This document shows positions 1-8,858 of a DNA stretch of 61,695 bases, one piece after another (within the stretch, counting starts at the first letter, position 1; the number at the start of each line of letters is the position of its first letter). Under the pieces are notes generated by a model that was not told the origin of the DNA, did no database searches, and saw nothing but the letters and a program-made list of their open reading frames with translations. Position numbers and translations under genes: made by a program. This stretch comes from a virus (lineage: Duplodnaviria; Caudoviricetes): positions 1 to 61,695 of IMG/VR virus record IMGVR_UViG_3300016722_000158. The stretch is one strand, 5' to 3'.

Positions 1-1194
1 ATGAATATAAGATTAGAAGTTAGGAATTATAAAGGCAAAAATGGATATCCTATTCGTTTGACGGTATATTATAATGATAGATTATATCCTATTAATACGG
101 GTATATTTACTCCTGATCCGAAAAGCTTTGTTGATGGCATTTTATCAAAGAATGTACCGAACAGTAAGATTAAGAATTTAAAGCTTAGTGAAATAAGAAA
201 TGCCGTCGAAAGATATACGATCGATTATAACCCTCGTCCGGGTAAAGATTTGGCTTTTGAGAAAAAAATACTGGAGATTGTAACGGGTAAAAAGCAAGTG
301 GTAAAGAGATTCATCGATTATCTCGATGAATTTGTTTCTCTAAAAAGTAATGAAGGTACCAAATCCGTTTATGGTACAACGCGAAATAAAATAGTGGAGT
401 TTGATAGAAATTGTACTTTTGATACAATGGATCGTAAGTGGCTGACTTCTTTCGAAAATTGGATGGCTGAGACGATGAAGATAAATGCGTATGCCATTCA
501 CTTAAGAAATATCAGAGCGGTTTTCAATTATGCGATAGATGAAGAGTTTACTACCCTGTATCCTTTTAGAAAATTTCAAATAAGAAAGGAAGAGACTAGA
601 AAGCGCTCTCTTAATGTAGAGCAATTAAGAACACTCAGAGATTATCCTGTAGAAAAGCACCAAGAAAGATATCGGGATATGTTTATACTTATGGTATATC
701 TGATAGGGATAAATGCCGCAGATTTGTTCCGCTTGAAGGAAATAACGCCAGAGGGGAGGATTGAATATTACAGGGCCAAAACACATAAGTTCTATTCGAT
801 CAAAGTTGAGCCGGAGGCAATGGAAATTATAAATAAATATCGTGGACAAGAATATCTGCTAAATATCATGGATGATTATTCGAACTATAAGGATTTTCTT
901 CATCGAATGGATATCGCTTTGAAGCAGATCGGAGAAGTCGAAAGAATAGGGCGTGGTGGGAAAAAATGCAGGACTCCGCTTTTTCCGGCTCTATCTTCAT
1001 ATTGGAGCCGGCATACATGGGCAACTTTTGCAGCGGCATTGGATACGCCTAAAGAAACCATTTCGGCTGCGCTCGGCCACAATATCGGAAGTGATGTGAC
1101 ATCCATTTACATAAAGTTTGATTTGAAGAAAGTGGATGATGCAAATAGGAGAGTGATTGATTATATGAATGAAAACGCCGACCAACAACCTTGA
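1..1194 (+). CDS. int: Tyrosine integrase with N-terminal arm-binding and SAM-like domains
   Basis: GINAADL, YYRAKT, YWSRHTWAT, ALGH and TSIY motifs typical of Bacteroidota phage integrases. Confidence 0.93.
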   Translation: MNIRLEVRNYKGKNGYPIRLTVYYNDRLYPINTGIFTPDPKSFVDGILSKNVPNSKIKNLKLSEIRNAVERYTIDYNPRPGKDLAFEKKILEIVTGKKQVVKRFIDYLDEFVSLKSNEGTKSVYGTTRNKIVEFDRNCTFDTMDRKWLTSFENWMAETMKINAYAIHLRNIRAVFNYAIDEEFTTLYPFRKFQIRKEETRKRSLNVEQLRTLRDYPVEKHQERYRDMFILMVYLIGINAADLFRLKEITPEGRIEYYRAKTHKFYSIKVEPEAMEIINKYRGQEYLLNIMDDYSNYKDFLHRMDIALKQIGEVERIGRGGKKCRTPLFPALSSYWSRHTWATFAAALDTPKETISAALGHNIGSDVTSIYIKFDLKKVDDANRRVIDYMNENADQQP

Positions 1195-1210
1195 AGGTTG
1201 AGACCAGCGC
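1172..1210 (-). terminator. Minus-strand hairpin with U tail overlapping the integrase stop codon
   Basis: Minus strand reads GCGCTGGTC-TCAACCTTCAAGGTTGTT-GGTCGGCG-TTTT; the outer stem pairs well only on this strand (G-U pairs). Confidence 0.55.
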
Positions 1211-1406
1211 TTATTTCACTCAAATTTGTTGCAAAGATATGAAGAAAAATCAAGCGATCGCACATATGTGTTGTGTTTTGCATCGAGTTCTTCAATTCTA
1301 CATAAATTTATTCTGCAAACTAAAAGGTGCAGAATGCGTGTTGTAGAAGTTTTTTATATAGAAGTAACAATAAAAAAACTCTTTTCAGATGAATGTAAAA
1401 ACCGTT

Positions 1407-2294
1407 TTATAAATTAATTTGTTTTATATTCTTTAATTTGTTTTCTTGTACAAAAGAATCTATTCGTTGCAAATCTTCAATTTCGTGATATGATATTAAC
1501 CAATGCTTGTCTGTTCCAGTATGCTTAACGATTTCTTCCATATATGGCCAATCGACTTCATAAAAAGAGTGTCCATAAACAATAACTTGTTCAATATCTG
1601 ATAAGCTATTAAAAAAGTCTTGATTTTTATTAATAATAGATGATGTATCTTTTAAAAGATCATTCATCCATTTAATAATTTTTTTGTATGTATCCTGTAT
1701 GTATGGCTTTTCGCTTTCATCGTTATACGCATCATCCGGATTCCTTCGATTATTATGTCCAATAGTGTATTTATCTGAAAATCGAGAACCATGAATATGC
1801 AATATATTAGAATCAGGAATATCATATATTTTTTCCAAAGTTTCGGTATAATTGAATGTTAAATACTTACTATCTGTTGGTAATTTACAAACTTTCTTTG
1901 CATCTGTTATGTTGATGCTATCAACCCAATCATTGAATAATTTGATAAAATCATCCAATATTGCTTCCTTAAATATCCAATCAGGAGCATCTTCCACTGC
2001 TGCTATAGAGCGCGTAAAATGGTCATAATCAATTTCTTCATCAGGTTTACAATAGTCAACGATGCTATCTTCATTATATTCACCAAGAGCTTTTTCAATA
2101 TCTCCCCATACATCTCGTTTATTACTGAAGAAAATATCCATCATATTTATTAACTGACTGTTTTTGTTTTCTTCCAGCCATTGCTTGAAATCTTTATAAC
2201 TGGAATTGATACCACTTGCAAGGTCGAAACCATTACCAATTACAAAAAGATTTTTTTTATTTTGTTGTTCTAATTCAGGGAATAAATGTTTCAT
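1407..2294 (-). CDS. abiH: AbiH-family abortive infection protein
   Basis: LFVIGNGFDL, TFNYT, HIHG, YGHS and DWPY motifs. Confidence 0.88.
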   Translation of the reverse strand: MKHLFPELEQQNKKNLFVIGNGFDLASGINSSYKDFKQWLEENKNSQLINMMDIFFSNKRDVWGDIEKALGEYNEDSIVDYCKPDEEIDYDHFTRSIAAVEDAPDWIFKEAILDDFIKLFNDWVDSINITDAKKVCKLPTDSKYLTFNYTETLEKIYDIPDSNILHIHGSRFSDKYTIGHNNRRNPDDAYNDESEKPYIQDTYKKIIKWMNDLLKDTSSIINKNQDFFNSLSDIEQVIVYGHSFYEVDWPYMEEIVKHTGTDKHWLISYHEIEDLQRIDSFVQENKLKNIKQINL

Positions 2295-2305
2295 AATATT
2301 ATTTC

Positions 2306-2917
2306 TTATTGTGGATTTTTTCCGTATTCCATAAATGCGCTATGGATTTTACCTGTCCAGGTGTCTTTATATAAACCGTATTCACTGTTGCCTATTGGTT
2401 TATATCTTCCATTTAAAGCGAATAGGTAAATAAGAAGAATTAATATTATTCCGAATATTATATTAATCTTATGTTTTAAATAGAAAGCTATTCTATTTTC
2501 TATACCCCTTTTTCTGTAGTCTTTATTGATACACTCTTTAAGCCTTTTTTCAAACGCAGATATATTAATATCGTTTGTATCAACGCTTTTCTTGAAATCA
2601 TTTAGACATTTCGATTTCCTATTGATAAAATCTAAACTAGACTCTTTTCTGTCTGAAAGTATAAAAGAAAATCCTAATCTTCTTTCAAATATATTTTCAG
2701 ATTGGCATTTATTAAAAACAGAACTTATAGATAAATTAAGTAGACTTTTTGCAGTGCGAATATCACTCATGTCAGAGTCTCCAAGTTCAAAAAGCTGAGA
2801 GTAGCTCCTTTCGATAATTTCATCCGATAATTGTTCTCCAAAAGGGTGTGTTTTAAGAATTTTTCTTATAGGTTTTTCACTACTTAATATGATGTTATAT
2901 ATATCACCTTTATTCAT
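2306..2917 (-). CDS. Hypothetical single-pass membrane protein in the cI operon
   Basis: 203-aa ORF abutting cI; TM segment IIFGIILILLIYLFAL followed by NGRY..DTWTG. Confidence 0.7.
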   Translation of the reverse strand: MNKGDIYNIILSSEKPIRKILKTHPFGEQLSDEIIERSYSQLFELGDSDMSDIRTAKSLLNLSISSVFNKCQSENIFERRLGFSFILSDRKESSLDFINRKSKCLNDFKKSVDTNDINISAFEKRLKECINKDYRKRGIENRIAFYLKHKINIIFGIILILLIYLFALNGRYKPIGNSEYGLYKDTWTGKIHSAFMEYGKNPQ

Positions 2918-2918
2918 T

Positions 2919-3557
2919 TTATTTCAGTCTTAATTGTCCAACAACAAGTGCAAATAGCCTGATATTCGTTTTGGCTATTTCAAAATCGGGATACTCTTCA
3001 TAGTTGTAAGAGTGGCAACGAACTTTTTCACCGGCATCATAAATCTTTTTTATTACAACGCCTTGATCGGTATCAAGTACATGTATTTGTCCCCATTGTA
3101 TGAATTGTTTCTCATTGATTCTAAGGCAAGCTACTTCATCTCCCGAATGAAATTCAGGTTCCATACTATTTCCTTTTATCGTAATTGTAAAATCGTATTT
3201 TGGAAAGGCCGATATTATCGGAACTTGTTCGCATTGATATTCAACAACTCCACCAATAGATTCTGTAAGTGTTCCTGCTGCTGCATCGTATGGAATGCGT
3301 GGGCGAGTCTCTGTTTTTGCTACTGAGCTCGATTTCATCATTTCTCCTTCTCCAGTAATGAGCCACTTGCTTGATATATTGTCAAACGACAGTATTATCC
3401 TGTTGATTAAATCTATGTCTACATTACTTCTCCTACCTGAAAGATATCCATTCAGTGTAGCATAATTGAAGTCAATAACATTTGCAAATGCTCTTGGACT
3501 AATATTTTTAGATTGTATAATACATCTAACTCTTTCTATAACAGTATTTTTAACCAT
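2919..3557 (-). CDS. cI: CI-like repressor, HTH plus S24 autopeptidase
   Basis: N-terminal HTH; AAAG cleavage site; GNSMEP catalytic Ser; VIKK Lys. Start placed at MVKNTVIE because the longer ORF runs into the operator region. Confidence 0.88.
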   Translation of the reverse strand: MVKNTVIERVRCIIQSKNISPRAFANVIDFNYATLNGYLSGRRSNVDIDLINRIILSFDNISSKWLITGEGEMMKSSSVAKTETRPRIPYDAAAGTLTESIGGVVEYQCEQVPIISAFPKYDFTITIKGNSMEPEFHSGDEVACLRINEKQFIQWGQIHVLDTDQGVVIKKIYDAGEKVRCHSYNYEEYPDFEIAKTNIRLFALVVGQLRLK

Positions 3558-3614
3558 AATATTATTTAGATATATTCTAAATATTGTCATTCGACTATAT
3601 TCAGGGATTAAATA

Positions 3615-3646
3615 TTTGCATATATTGTCAATTGACAATATATTTG
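3615..3646 (+). promoter_or_regulatory. Rightward early promoter overlapped by a 24-bp palindromic operator
   Basis: TTTG (3615-3618)-N20-TATATTTG (3639-3646) fits the Bacteroidota -33/-7 consensus; perfect palindrome ATATATTGTCAATTGACAATATAT at 3620-3643. Confidence 0.8.
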
Positions 3647-3735
3647 CATTGTCGATTGTTGAAAACAATACTCAAAATCGAAAGTCTTTCAACAATTAGG
3701 CAAAGTTAGGAAATAGAATTTTAAAAACAAATAAA

Positions 3736-3930
3736 ATGAGAAAAGATAAGTATGTTGGCGTGAAAATATCCGAATTAATGGAACAGTTTGGTACAACAAG
3801 ACCCACTGTTGTATGTGCTTTGCGTGGAATAACGGATAGTGTTTTAGCGGATAATATCCGACATGAAGCTCAGAAAAGAACAGACGATTATTTGAGACGG
3901 CTTGGCTATACAAAGAAGTCAAAGTTATAA
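3736..3930 (+). CDS. Cro-like small HTH protein
   Basis: First gene divergent from cI; HTH-like ISELMEQFGTTRPTVVCALRG. Confidence 0.7.
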   Translation: MRKDKYVGVKISELMEQFGTTRPTVVCALRGITDSVLADNIRHEAQKRTDDYLRRLGYTKKSKL

Positions 3931-3958
3931 TGTTTTGTAACCACAAAATAAAGTATTT

Positions 3959-4174
3959 ATGAAAAAGTATAAAGAACTCGCTTTTGCGATGTTGGCAATA
4001 GTTGCATTAATGTTTCTCATAGGAATAGCAGGACGTAGCGACTATTACGAATACGTAAGTTCTCATCTTCCTAGAAAGACTTACGAAGAAATATCAAAGA
4101 AAATAGGTTCTACCAATGGTGATGAAGTTGCAAAATTCTATTTAGATAATTATGAGAAGAAAGACGTTAGGTAA
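3959..4174 (+). CDS. Small membrane-anchored early protein
   Basis: 71 aa; N-terminal hydrophobic helix followed by GRSDY. Confidence 0.65.
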   Translation: MKKYKELAFAMLAIVALMFLIGIAGRSDYYEYVSSHLPRKTYEEISKKIGSTNGDEVAKFYLDNYEKKDVR

Positions 4175-4361
4175 AGTTGAGGAAATTTCAAAAGTATGGC
4201 TTTCGAAAGATGAAGCTTGTGCATATCTTGGAGTTACACAACGGTTTCTTCAAAGACTCAGAGATGATGCTCTTATTCCTTTCTACAAATTTGGTTCAAA
4301 AATGCTTTGGTATAAGAAATCCGATTTAGACGATTTCGTAAGATCCAAAAGAATTATTTAA
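4152..4361 (+). CDS. xis: Excisionase-like HTH_17 protein
   Basis: WLSKDEACAYLGVT...IPFYKFG..YKKSDLDDF. Confidence 0.8.
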   Translation: MRRKTLGKVEEISKVWLSKDEACAYLGVTQRFLQRLRDDALIPFYKFGSKMLWYKKSDLDDFVRSKRII

Positions 4362-4367
4362 AATATT

Positions 4368-4445
4368 TCTTCGTTAGCTCAGTGGTAGAGTATCCGGTAA
4401 TTTGATTAGGACGGAAAGTCACGGGTTCGAATCCCGTACGAAGAA
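4368..4445 (+). tRNA. tRNA-like element with an expanded, aberrant anticodon arm
   Basis: Acceptor TCTTCGT/ACGAAGA; D arm GCTC-AGTGGTA-GAGT; T arm ACGGG-TTCGAAT-CCCGT; anticodon arm TCCG-15 nt-CGGA; no encoded CCA. Confidence 0.75.
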
Positions 4446-5231
4446 CAAAAATGATGTTTGACGCGGAAGCTGCGAGACGTGAGGAAATGCACTCTTAAAC
4501 AATAGATAGCAGAAGGCGAGTTAATCGTAACACCGGTTCGACCAGGAACGATACGTATATGTTCAACAAATGTCATATAGTTATTCATGGAATTTAAATT
4601 GAAATTAAGTTTTCAATACTATATATAATCCCGTAGCATGCTAATGCTGGTAAGCTCGAAATATCGGAACGGGCACGGGAACGATGTTTTAAGTCTATTT
4701 GAATACCATTTGGATATTCTGCTTGTGAAAGTCGAATATCCTTAAATCGATCAAATCATTAATCCATATAATTTTCTGTATTACTATTTTATTTTAATAA
4801 GCGGTGGTCTGTGAAGATAGCCGTTTTATTTTGCTCAAAGTATTAAATTTTTCCTTTCCGTTTCGTCGTCCTGGGTATGGGTGTTATCACTTACAGGATA
4901 TGATACTTGCGGAAGGGGTTTTCTTATTAAGAATATTATTAACCCAAATAGCCGTTTTTAAGGGAAACGTGGGGTGAAAGTCCTCTTATTTGATTTATAA
5001 TCTATGCCGGGTAATTCCGGCAAACGGGCGGGCGTATGGAATGCTCTGCACACAACTAGGAGTGTGTATGCCGGATCGTTACCGGTTCCGTCCACAAATC
5101 ATTGGAAGTTCTCTGTAAAACTGATTTAGGCGTGAAGATGCACGCATGATTAAACCCGCTCGGCATCGGTTAGCCGCTGGCTCATCTGAAAAGCAAATCT
5201 AGGTCAGTAGAGAGCGTAAGCTTAAGTAAGT
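4446..5231 (+). ncRNA. Cluster of structured non-coding elements in the early operon
   Basis: No credible + strand ORF; stems at 4630-4680, 4712-4741, 4799-4826, 4853-4918, 5005-5022 and 5108-5216. Confidence 0.5.
5026..5094 (+). tRNA. Degenerate tRNA-like element
   Basis: Acceptor GGGCGGG/TCCGTCC; arm CACAC-AACTAGGA-GTGTG; T-arm-like GCCGG-ATCGTTA-CCGGT; D arm poorly paired. Confidence 0.5.
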
Positions 5232-5260
5232 CCCCGACATTCATTTGTCGGGGCATTTTT
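5232..5260 (+). terminator. Intrinsic terminator
   Basis: CCCCGACA-ttcatt-TGTCGGGG followed by a T run. Confidence 0.75.
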
Positions 5261-5281
5261 ATTCACTCAAATTTTTATACT

Positions 5282-5470
5282 ATGCACATTATCAAAGGAT
5301 TTTTCGTTGTGTTATACAATGGGCAGAAACTTCATTTTGAAGTAGATGCCGAAAATAGAGTCCATCACGGCTCTATTACTGTTTTGAAAGAAAAATTGTT
5401 GGATGAACTTGCTGTAAAGTTCCCCAATGATAACCCACCATGCAATTTAAATTTTCAATTTATAAATTAA
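5282..5470 (+). CDS. Hypothetical protein (62 aa)
   Basis: ATG after an AT-rich leader, co-oriented with the operon. Confidence 0.6.
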   Translation: MHIIKGFFVVLYNGQKLHFEVDAENRVHHGSITVLKEKLLDELAVKFPNDNPPCNLNFQFIN

Positions 5471-5482
5471 AAAATCACTCAA

Positions 5483-5662
5483 ATGAATGGTCAAGAAAAG
5501 GCACCAGCAAATGCTCCTTTAGCATTTGCCTATGATGCTAATGCTAAAGCACTCGAACTTTCGCGAGAAAGTTTTAATAAGGTATGTGTTTCTTATGAAG
5601 AACTGGTACTGTTGCGTAAGGTTATTGATGCTATTTTTGAAATAGACAAGGAGGTCAAATAA
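5483..5662 (+). CDS. Hypothetical protein (59 aa, not in the ORF track)
   Basis: MNGQEKAPANAPLAF...DKEVK; TAATG overlap with recT. Confidence 0.65.
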   Translation: MNGQEKAPANAPLAFAYDANAKALELSRESFNKVCVSYEELVLLRKVIDAIFEIDKEVK

Positions 5663-6579
5663 TGGATACAACATTTATTGATCATCTGGAGAAAATAACA
5701 AAGGATCAGATTCCTTTTGATTCTCATGCAGCAGACAAATTTTTGCTTGTGTATAAAGCAAAGTTCGGTGAAAACGGAGCAGAGAGTTTCTATGAGGAGC
5801 AATCAAACTTATTTTCAAATTTCGTGAAAGAATCCGACTCTTTGAAAAAATGTTCTGGCTTTTCTCTTTTTAATGCATTTATTTCTATTGCGATCAATGG
5901 TTTATCACTTGAAAAGAATGCATCAACTCAGTGCTATTTGGAGCCAAGAAGCGTAAGAATTGGTAAAGATTCGGCCGGAAAGGACATTCGGGAAACACAG
6001 GCAGCACTCAAAATTAGCGGTTATGGAGAATTATTAATTCGTAAACGTGCAGGCCAAATTAAAGACGTTAACAATCCGGTTATTGTCTATGACTGTGACT
6101 CTTTTGCTTATGGTGAAAGAGACGGGAAAGTTTTTGTAAACTATACGAAGACTTTTCCTCGGAAACCAGAGGCCAAAATAATTGCAGGATATGTAAAAAT
6201 TACCCGTCCAGACAACTCAATAGACTATAAAGTGATGGACCTTGAAGATGTCAGACGTTTAATGTCCTATTCCGAAAAAAATAATAAGAGGTGGAATGAT
6301 CACCTTAGAATGTATGTTGACGGAAAAGCTAACGCTTTATATGGCAAATCTCCAGATGGTAGCGGTATTGATTCGGGATTTTTTGCCGCCAAAATTATTA
6401 AGCACGCTTTTAAAACGTTTCCTCGTATTTCTGTCGGTGAGGGAGCTGTGATGCAAGCTGACGATGATGAGGTACCCATACCTGAAATTAAGGAAGAACC
6501 TAAACCTTTCGGTGAAGAACCCAAAAAGGTTGAGGGTACTAAAGTTGATACTAAAGATGAAGACGACGGACCATTTTAA
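5662..6579 (+). CDS. recT: RecT-family ssDNA annealing protein
   Basis: AINGLSL, CYL, ISGYGEL..KRAGQIK, AKIIKHAFK; acidic tail DDGPF. Confidence 0.82.
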   Translation: MDTTFIDHLEKITKDQIPFDSHAADKFLLVYKAKFGENGAESFYEEQSNLFSNFVKESDSLKKCSGFSLFNAFISIAINGLSLEKNASTQCYLEPRSVRIGKDSAGKDIRETQAALKISGYGELLIRKRAGQIKDVNNPVIVYDCDSFAYGERDGKVFVNYTKTFPRKPEAKIIAGYVKITRPDNSIDYKVMDLEDVRRLMSYSEKNNKRWNDHLRMYVDGKANALYGKSPDGSGIDSGFFAAKIIKHAFKTFPRISVGEGAVMQADDDEVPIPEIKEEPKPFGEEPKKVEGTKVDTKDEDDGPF

Positions 6580-6590
6580 TATTATTGTAT

Positions 6591-7775
6591 ATGGATAATC
6601 AACTAATCAAACTCGAGAATATTTCTGATATAAAGAATCTGACTTTTAATTCATATCAGGAGAATAGTGATAGTGTAGAGAAATGTTTGGCTTATGGAAA
6701 ATCTCTTTATACCGATGTCTCTCAAGGTCACATGGATGATTCTAAAGATGAAAAAATAAAAAAATTCATAGACAGAGTTGTTCTTACGCAAAAAGCCATT
6801 AACGAACGTCGTAAGCCGGTTACGCAGATGTTTGATAAGGTGAAGAAAGTGTTCACTGATATGGAAAATTCAATTTCTATAAAAAATGCTGAGGGTGTAA
6901 TATACATGCTTCAAAAGTTGAGGAATGATTACGCTGCGGCCAAACTTAAGGCCGCCGAAGAAGAGAGGCAAAGGCAGCAGCGCGAACAGTTACTATTGGT
7001 ATCGAAAAACAATCTTCATGCAGAAGTGATAGAAAGGCTTCATGCTGCAGTCAATAAAGCGCTTGATGAAAATATTGGCTGTCTGAATAGTTTATTCTCA
7101 GATGTTACTCTTGATATTATTGATGACGTTAAAAATACGATTTTTAATTATCTGGAGACCTTTAATATTGGGAACTATTGGGAAAAGCCTTTTCCTCCAC
7201 AGAATATAGATGAAGAAACATATAAGCAGATATGCAAAAGCGCTTATTCGGAAGTAAAGGACTCCATTAACGAACAATATAAATCAGAGATACGTTCATT
7301 GAAAGATGACTTACTCTTGAAACTTCCCTCAAAGAAAATCGAACTCGAAAAGATAGAAGAGCAAAAGAAAACCGATGCCGACGCAGCAAAAAAAGCTGCT
7401 GAAGAACTCGCTAGAAAAGACGCTGACGTTGCAGCCAAGAAAGAAGCGGAAAGGAAAGCTGAAGAGGATAAAAGGAAGCAGGCTGAAGCGCTCTCTTCAA
7501 ACAAGAAAAGTATGGATGATTTATTTAATCAAACGGCCGTTGCTCCCGTAACTTCTGCAAAGGTAACAAAGAAGATAGAAGTTATTGATGTTAAAGGATT
7601 CCTCAATATCATACAGTTGTGGTGGGTTGGCGAAGGTGTGAATATGAGTATTGAGGATCTGTCTAAAAAGCTCAAATTCGCTGTCTCTTTTGCAGAGAAA
7701 CAAGCGAATAAGAGTGATGACAATCTGATCGTTTCTCCATATATAAAGTATGTTGATGATGTCAAAGCCAAGTGA
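6591..7775 (+). CDS. Coiled-coil phage recombination-module protein
   Basis: ERRKPVTQMFD motif, long charged helices; lies between recT and the nuclease. Confidence 0.65.
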   Translation: MDNQLIKLENISDIKNLTFNSYQENSDSVEKCLAYGKSLYTDVSQGHMDDSKDEKIKKFIDRVVLTQKAINERRKPVTQMFDKVKKVFTDMENSISIKNAEGVIYMLQKLRNDYAAAKLKAAEEERQRQQREQLLLVSKNNLHAEVIERLHAAVNKALDENIGCLNSLFSDVTLDIIDDVKNTIFNYLETFNIGNYWEKPFPPQNIDEETYKQICKSAYSEVKDSINEQYKSEIRSLKDDLLLKLPSKKIELEKIEEQKKTDADAAKKAAEELARKDADVAAKKEAERKAEEDKRKQAEALSSNKKSMDDLFNQTAVAPVTSAKVTKKIEVIDVKGFLNIIQLWWVGEGVNMSIEDLSKKLKFAVSFAEKQANKSDDNLIVSPYIKYVDDVKAK

Positions 7776-8442
7776 TTCTTACTACAAAAGGGACGAGGTC
7801 AGTAATTCTGACCTCACCACCCTTAAGTATAAACTTTATCCCTCCCTTTGTTTCATGTCAGAAAGAGATAAACAAAAGGCTTTTCGACTTGGAACCCTTG
7901 TAGATGCTTTTATTACGGAAATATCAAAAGTGAACATGTATGACTTCAGTGTTGATGGCGAGAAATACACAAAAGAAGAATTTGATTGGGGTATGAGGAT
8001 GCGAAAGGCTATAATGAAAGAATCGGAAAAGGACTTATTCCTGAAAACGGTACTTAATATAGCCGATTGCCAATCGTTTCTTGTTAATTCTTCTCAGCAT
8101 TTTGATTATGGATGCTTTCAATTTGATCTATCGACACGTTGTAAATGGGATTGGTGGTTGAGTAGTTACGGATTTGGAGGAGATTTAAAAACGACAACGG
8201 CTACTTCTCAGAAACAGTTCGAGGATTCGATAGATTTCTTTGATTGGGATAGAAGTCGGGCATGGTACATGGACATTGCTCATTCCCTCAATCCGGAACA
8301 TGGTAACCGTGACTTCATATATGCGATATCGAAGAAAAATTTCAAGGTATTCCATAAGATGATACATAGAGGTGATGAGGTATATGAAAGGGGGAGAGCG
8401 AAATATTTAGATTTGTCTTTTAAATATTGGATATTCATATGA
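7750..8442 (+). CDS. PD-(D/E)XK exonuclease-like protein (RecE/DUF3799-like)
   Basis: EVSNSDL, LGTLVDA, RCKWD, GGDLKTT, RAWY. Confidence 0.75.
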   Translation: MLMMSKPSDSYYKRDEVSNSDLTTLKYKLYPSLCFMSERDKQKAFRLGTLVDAFITEISKVNMYDFSVDGEKYTKEEFDWGMRMRKAIMKESEKDLFLKTVLNIADCQSFLVNSSQHFDYGCFQFDLSTRCKWDWWLSSYGFGGDLKTTTATSQKQFEDSIDFFDWDRSRAWYMDIAHSLNPEHGNRDFIYAISKKNFKVFHKMIHRGDEVYERGRAKYLDLSFKYWIFI

Positions 8443-8858
8443 AAATGTTTTTTAAAGTCATGAGTTGGGGACTTCTTCCGTTATATGATTCAGACATGAA
8501 AGAATTGAAAAAACTGAAAATCGGGAACAATATATGTGCTGACGTTTCCTATCCCCGGAATATACAGAATCATAAACGTTATTTCGGCATGCTTAGATTA
8601 GTATTAGAGAATCTATCGGATGAAGCAAAAAATAAGTATAAGATATACTGTCAAAATAATCTTCATCAAGAAATTGAAAAAGATTTAGGTATGAAAATTA
8701 CTTCGGATGCAATAGAAATACATTCGTCTATTTCTCTCGAGGAAATGGACGAATTATATTTTAGAAGGTTTTTCAATATAGCATGCCAATTGATGATCAG
8801 CAAATATTTGCCCGTTACAAAAAACGACATTGAAGAAGAACTCTATAAATTTATGTGA
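8439..8858 (+). CDS. DUF1367-like protein
   Basis: LLPLYDSD..LKKLKIG, PRNIQNHKRYF, SISLEEMDE. Confidence 0.7.
   Translation: MKMFFKVMSWGLLPLYDSDMKELKKLKIGNNICADVSYPRNIQNHKRYFGMLRLVLENLSDEAKNKYKIYCQNNLHQEIEKDLGMKITSDAIEIHSSISLEEMDELYFRRFFNIACQLMISKYLPVTKNDIEEELYKFM

Noticed and set aside
700-1030. Integrase seems to lack the first catalytic Arg and has YxxR for HxxR
   Set aside because: GIN..D and YxxRH variants are common in Bacteroidota integrases; not evidence of inactivation
1226-1417. 63-aa ORF after the integrase
   Set aside because: TTG start overlapping a promoter-like element; no recognisable features
4445-4500. HDV-like (theta) ribozyme after the tRNA-like elements
   Set aside because: Both 3' trailers start with A-rich sequence and I could not build the nested double pseudoknot; a covariance search is needed to exclude it fully
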